Shown here piece by piece: positions 63,010 to 64,000 of a DNA stretch of 64,000 bases. Below the pieces are notes generated by a model that worked only from the letters and a program-made list of their open reading frames with translations, had not been told where the DNA came from and ran no database searches. Numbering within the stretch: position 1 is the first letter of the stretch; every line of letters starts with the position of its first letter. Source of the DNA: a virus; IMG/VR virus record IMGVR_UViG_3300037069_002364, positions 5,500 to 69,499 of that record, one strand, 5' to 3'. Both the position numbers and the translations under genes were made by a program.

Positions 63010-63516
63010 CTACTTTTCGGCGGCACCCCTCATCGACATGTCCCGAATGATATTGTGGTATGCCTTCTTTTTCTCCGTTGCCAGCCACTCTCTGAACGTG
63101 ACAGCATTTGCGGCTTCCTGTTGGGCAGCGGGTTCCTTGACGGCAGTATGGTCATGGTCGCGGCAAAAGGAGCATGATTGTTTCGCAAGGGAAGCATTCA
63201 CCTCCGCGAGGGCTAAGGCCGCCCACACATTGCAGGCGAGCGGCGGTACTGGTTGAGGCGTCACGGCATCGCGCGCCTTCTTTTCCGCCAAGAGCGCGTC
63301 GTATTTCCCTGTCATCTCAGCCAACTGTAGCCGTGATCTATCCAATGCCCGCTTGAGGGATTGCGCTTCGATCATCCACTCGGTCGCATGATGGGGAGGG
63401 AGCGCCGTGTCCTTTTCCCGCTCATACATCGTCTTGGGTGCGGCCTTCGGCGGATCGAAGACACTGACAAGGGCAACGACGAGAACGATCCCGAGGAATC
63501 CCAGAAACAGTGCCAT
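63010..63516 (-). CDS. Hypothetical protein with N-terminal TM/signal segment
   Basis: MALFLGFLGIVLVVALVSVF, coiled coil, CSFC. Confidence 0.6.
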   Translation of the reverse strand: MALFLGFLGIVLVVALVSVFDPPKAAPKTMYEREKDTALPPHHATEWMIEAQSLKRALDRSRLQLAEMTGKYDALLAEKKARDAVTPQPVPPLACNVWAALALAEVNASLAKQSCSFCRDHDHTAVKEPAAQQEAANAVTFREWLATEKKKAYHNIIRDMSMRGAAEK

Positions 63517-63735
63517 TTAGTCCCCTCCAATCGTCTCTGCGATCACGCCCTGCAAGGCGAGCAGTTGCGCCCGCGTGAAGGTGTGGCGCACGGACTGGGG
63601 CAACCCCTCGTAGGCCGTGACCTCACTCCAGACCGTCAGGCGGTACTCATCCACGGGCAGGCGTGTCGTTGCATCAATCGCCTGCGCCGCGCGAATCTTG
63701 ACGTGCGGCTTGTCGTGGAAGGCGAGGCTAATCAT
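63517..63735 (-). CDS. Hypothetical protein
   Basis: MISLAFHDKPHVKI...; coupled to the upstream stop. Confidence 0.5.
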   Translation of the reverse strand: MISLAFHDKPHVKIRAAQAIDATTRLPVDEYRLTVWSEVTAYEGLPQSVRHTFTRAQLLALQGVIAETIGGD

Positions 63736-64000
63736 ACGGGCACCACGCTGAACCACTGTGCGAGTGCGCCCGGGCTGACGAGGCGTGCGTCTTCCGGTGG
63801 CGTCTTGCCGACCGTGGCATAGCACGCCGCGACAAAGGCAGAACAGATCACATGCTTGTCCGTGCCCATCACGAAGCGCGTCCTGGTCAGGGTGTCAATG
63901 CCGATGCCGACAATATCGAGCCAGTCGTACAACTCGCCAATGTCGAGCGCGGCTGCTGCACAGACGGCGGCGCGCTGCGTGTCCGTGAGGCCGCTATCGA
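63732..64000 (-). CDS. Permuted papain-like NlpC/P60 (YiiX/YebB-like) protein, C-terminal part; truncated by window edge
   Basis: Open from the edge: IGELYDWLDIVGIG...VICSAFVAACYATVG...VSPGAL. Confidence 0.65.
   Translation of the reverse strand, partial: DSGLTDTQRAAVCAAAALDIGELYDWLDIVGIGIDTLTRTRFVMGTDKHVICSAFVAACYATVGKTPPEDARLVSPGALAQWFSVVPV

Overview
The window is most of a temperate, high-GC siphovirus genome. It is in unintegrated configuration: integrase and a probable attP sit in the middle, flanked by phage genes on both sides. No host genes are seen, and the window is cut at both edges inside leftward-transcribed genes. Layout: (1) 1-4213, leftward replication/regulation arm with a C5 DNA methyltransferase, replication initiator carrying iterons, Rad52-type recombinase, Xis and Cro; (2) 4435-6556, CI-like repressor and tyrosine integrase, then probable attP; (3) 6898-27772, a ~21 kb leftward arm of mostly small hypothetical early genes; (4) 27987-28964, a tandem-HTH gene and a membrane-anchored HNH gene; (5) 29149-62956, the rightward late operon (ParB-like, TerS/TerL, portal, protease-scaffold, DUF2190, Mu-gpT-like capsid, neck, tail with frameshifted chaperone, 2055-aa tape measure, Dit, fibre, Tal-like, lysis cassette, metallophosphoesterase); (6) 63010-64000, leftward genes. 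The host is not determinable here; a monoderm high-GC host (Chloroflexota- or Actinomycetota-like) is only an inference. Strongest unusual signals: a DNA polymerase III beta clamp split into two genes in permuted order (domains II+III, then domain I fused to ~350 unrelated residues); a 16-bp palindrome GTWCTT-N4-AAGWAC found 10 times exactly plus 5 near copies, overlapping six sigma70-type promoters of early, repressor and late genes; a C5 methyltransferase missing from the ORF track whose motif IX lies in a nested alternative frame (M.EcoHK31I-like); and a non-coding second copy of the replication-gene iteron block 24.6 kb away. All family assignments are from motif recognition by eye; no database searches were run.
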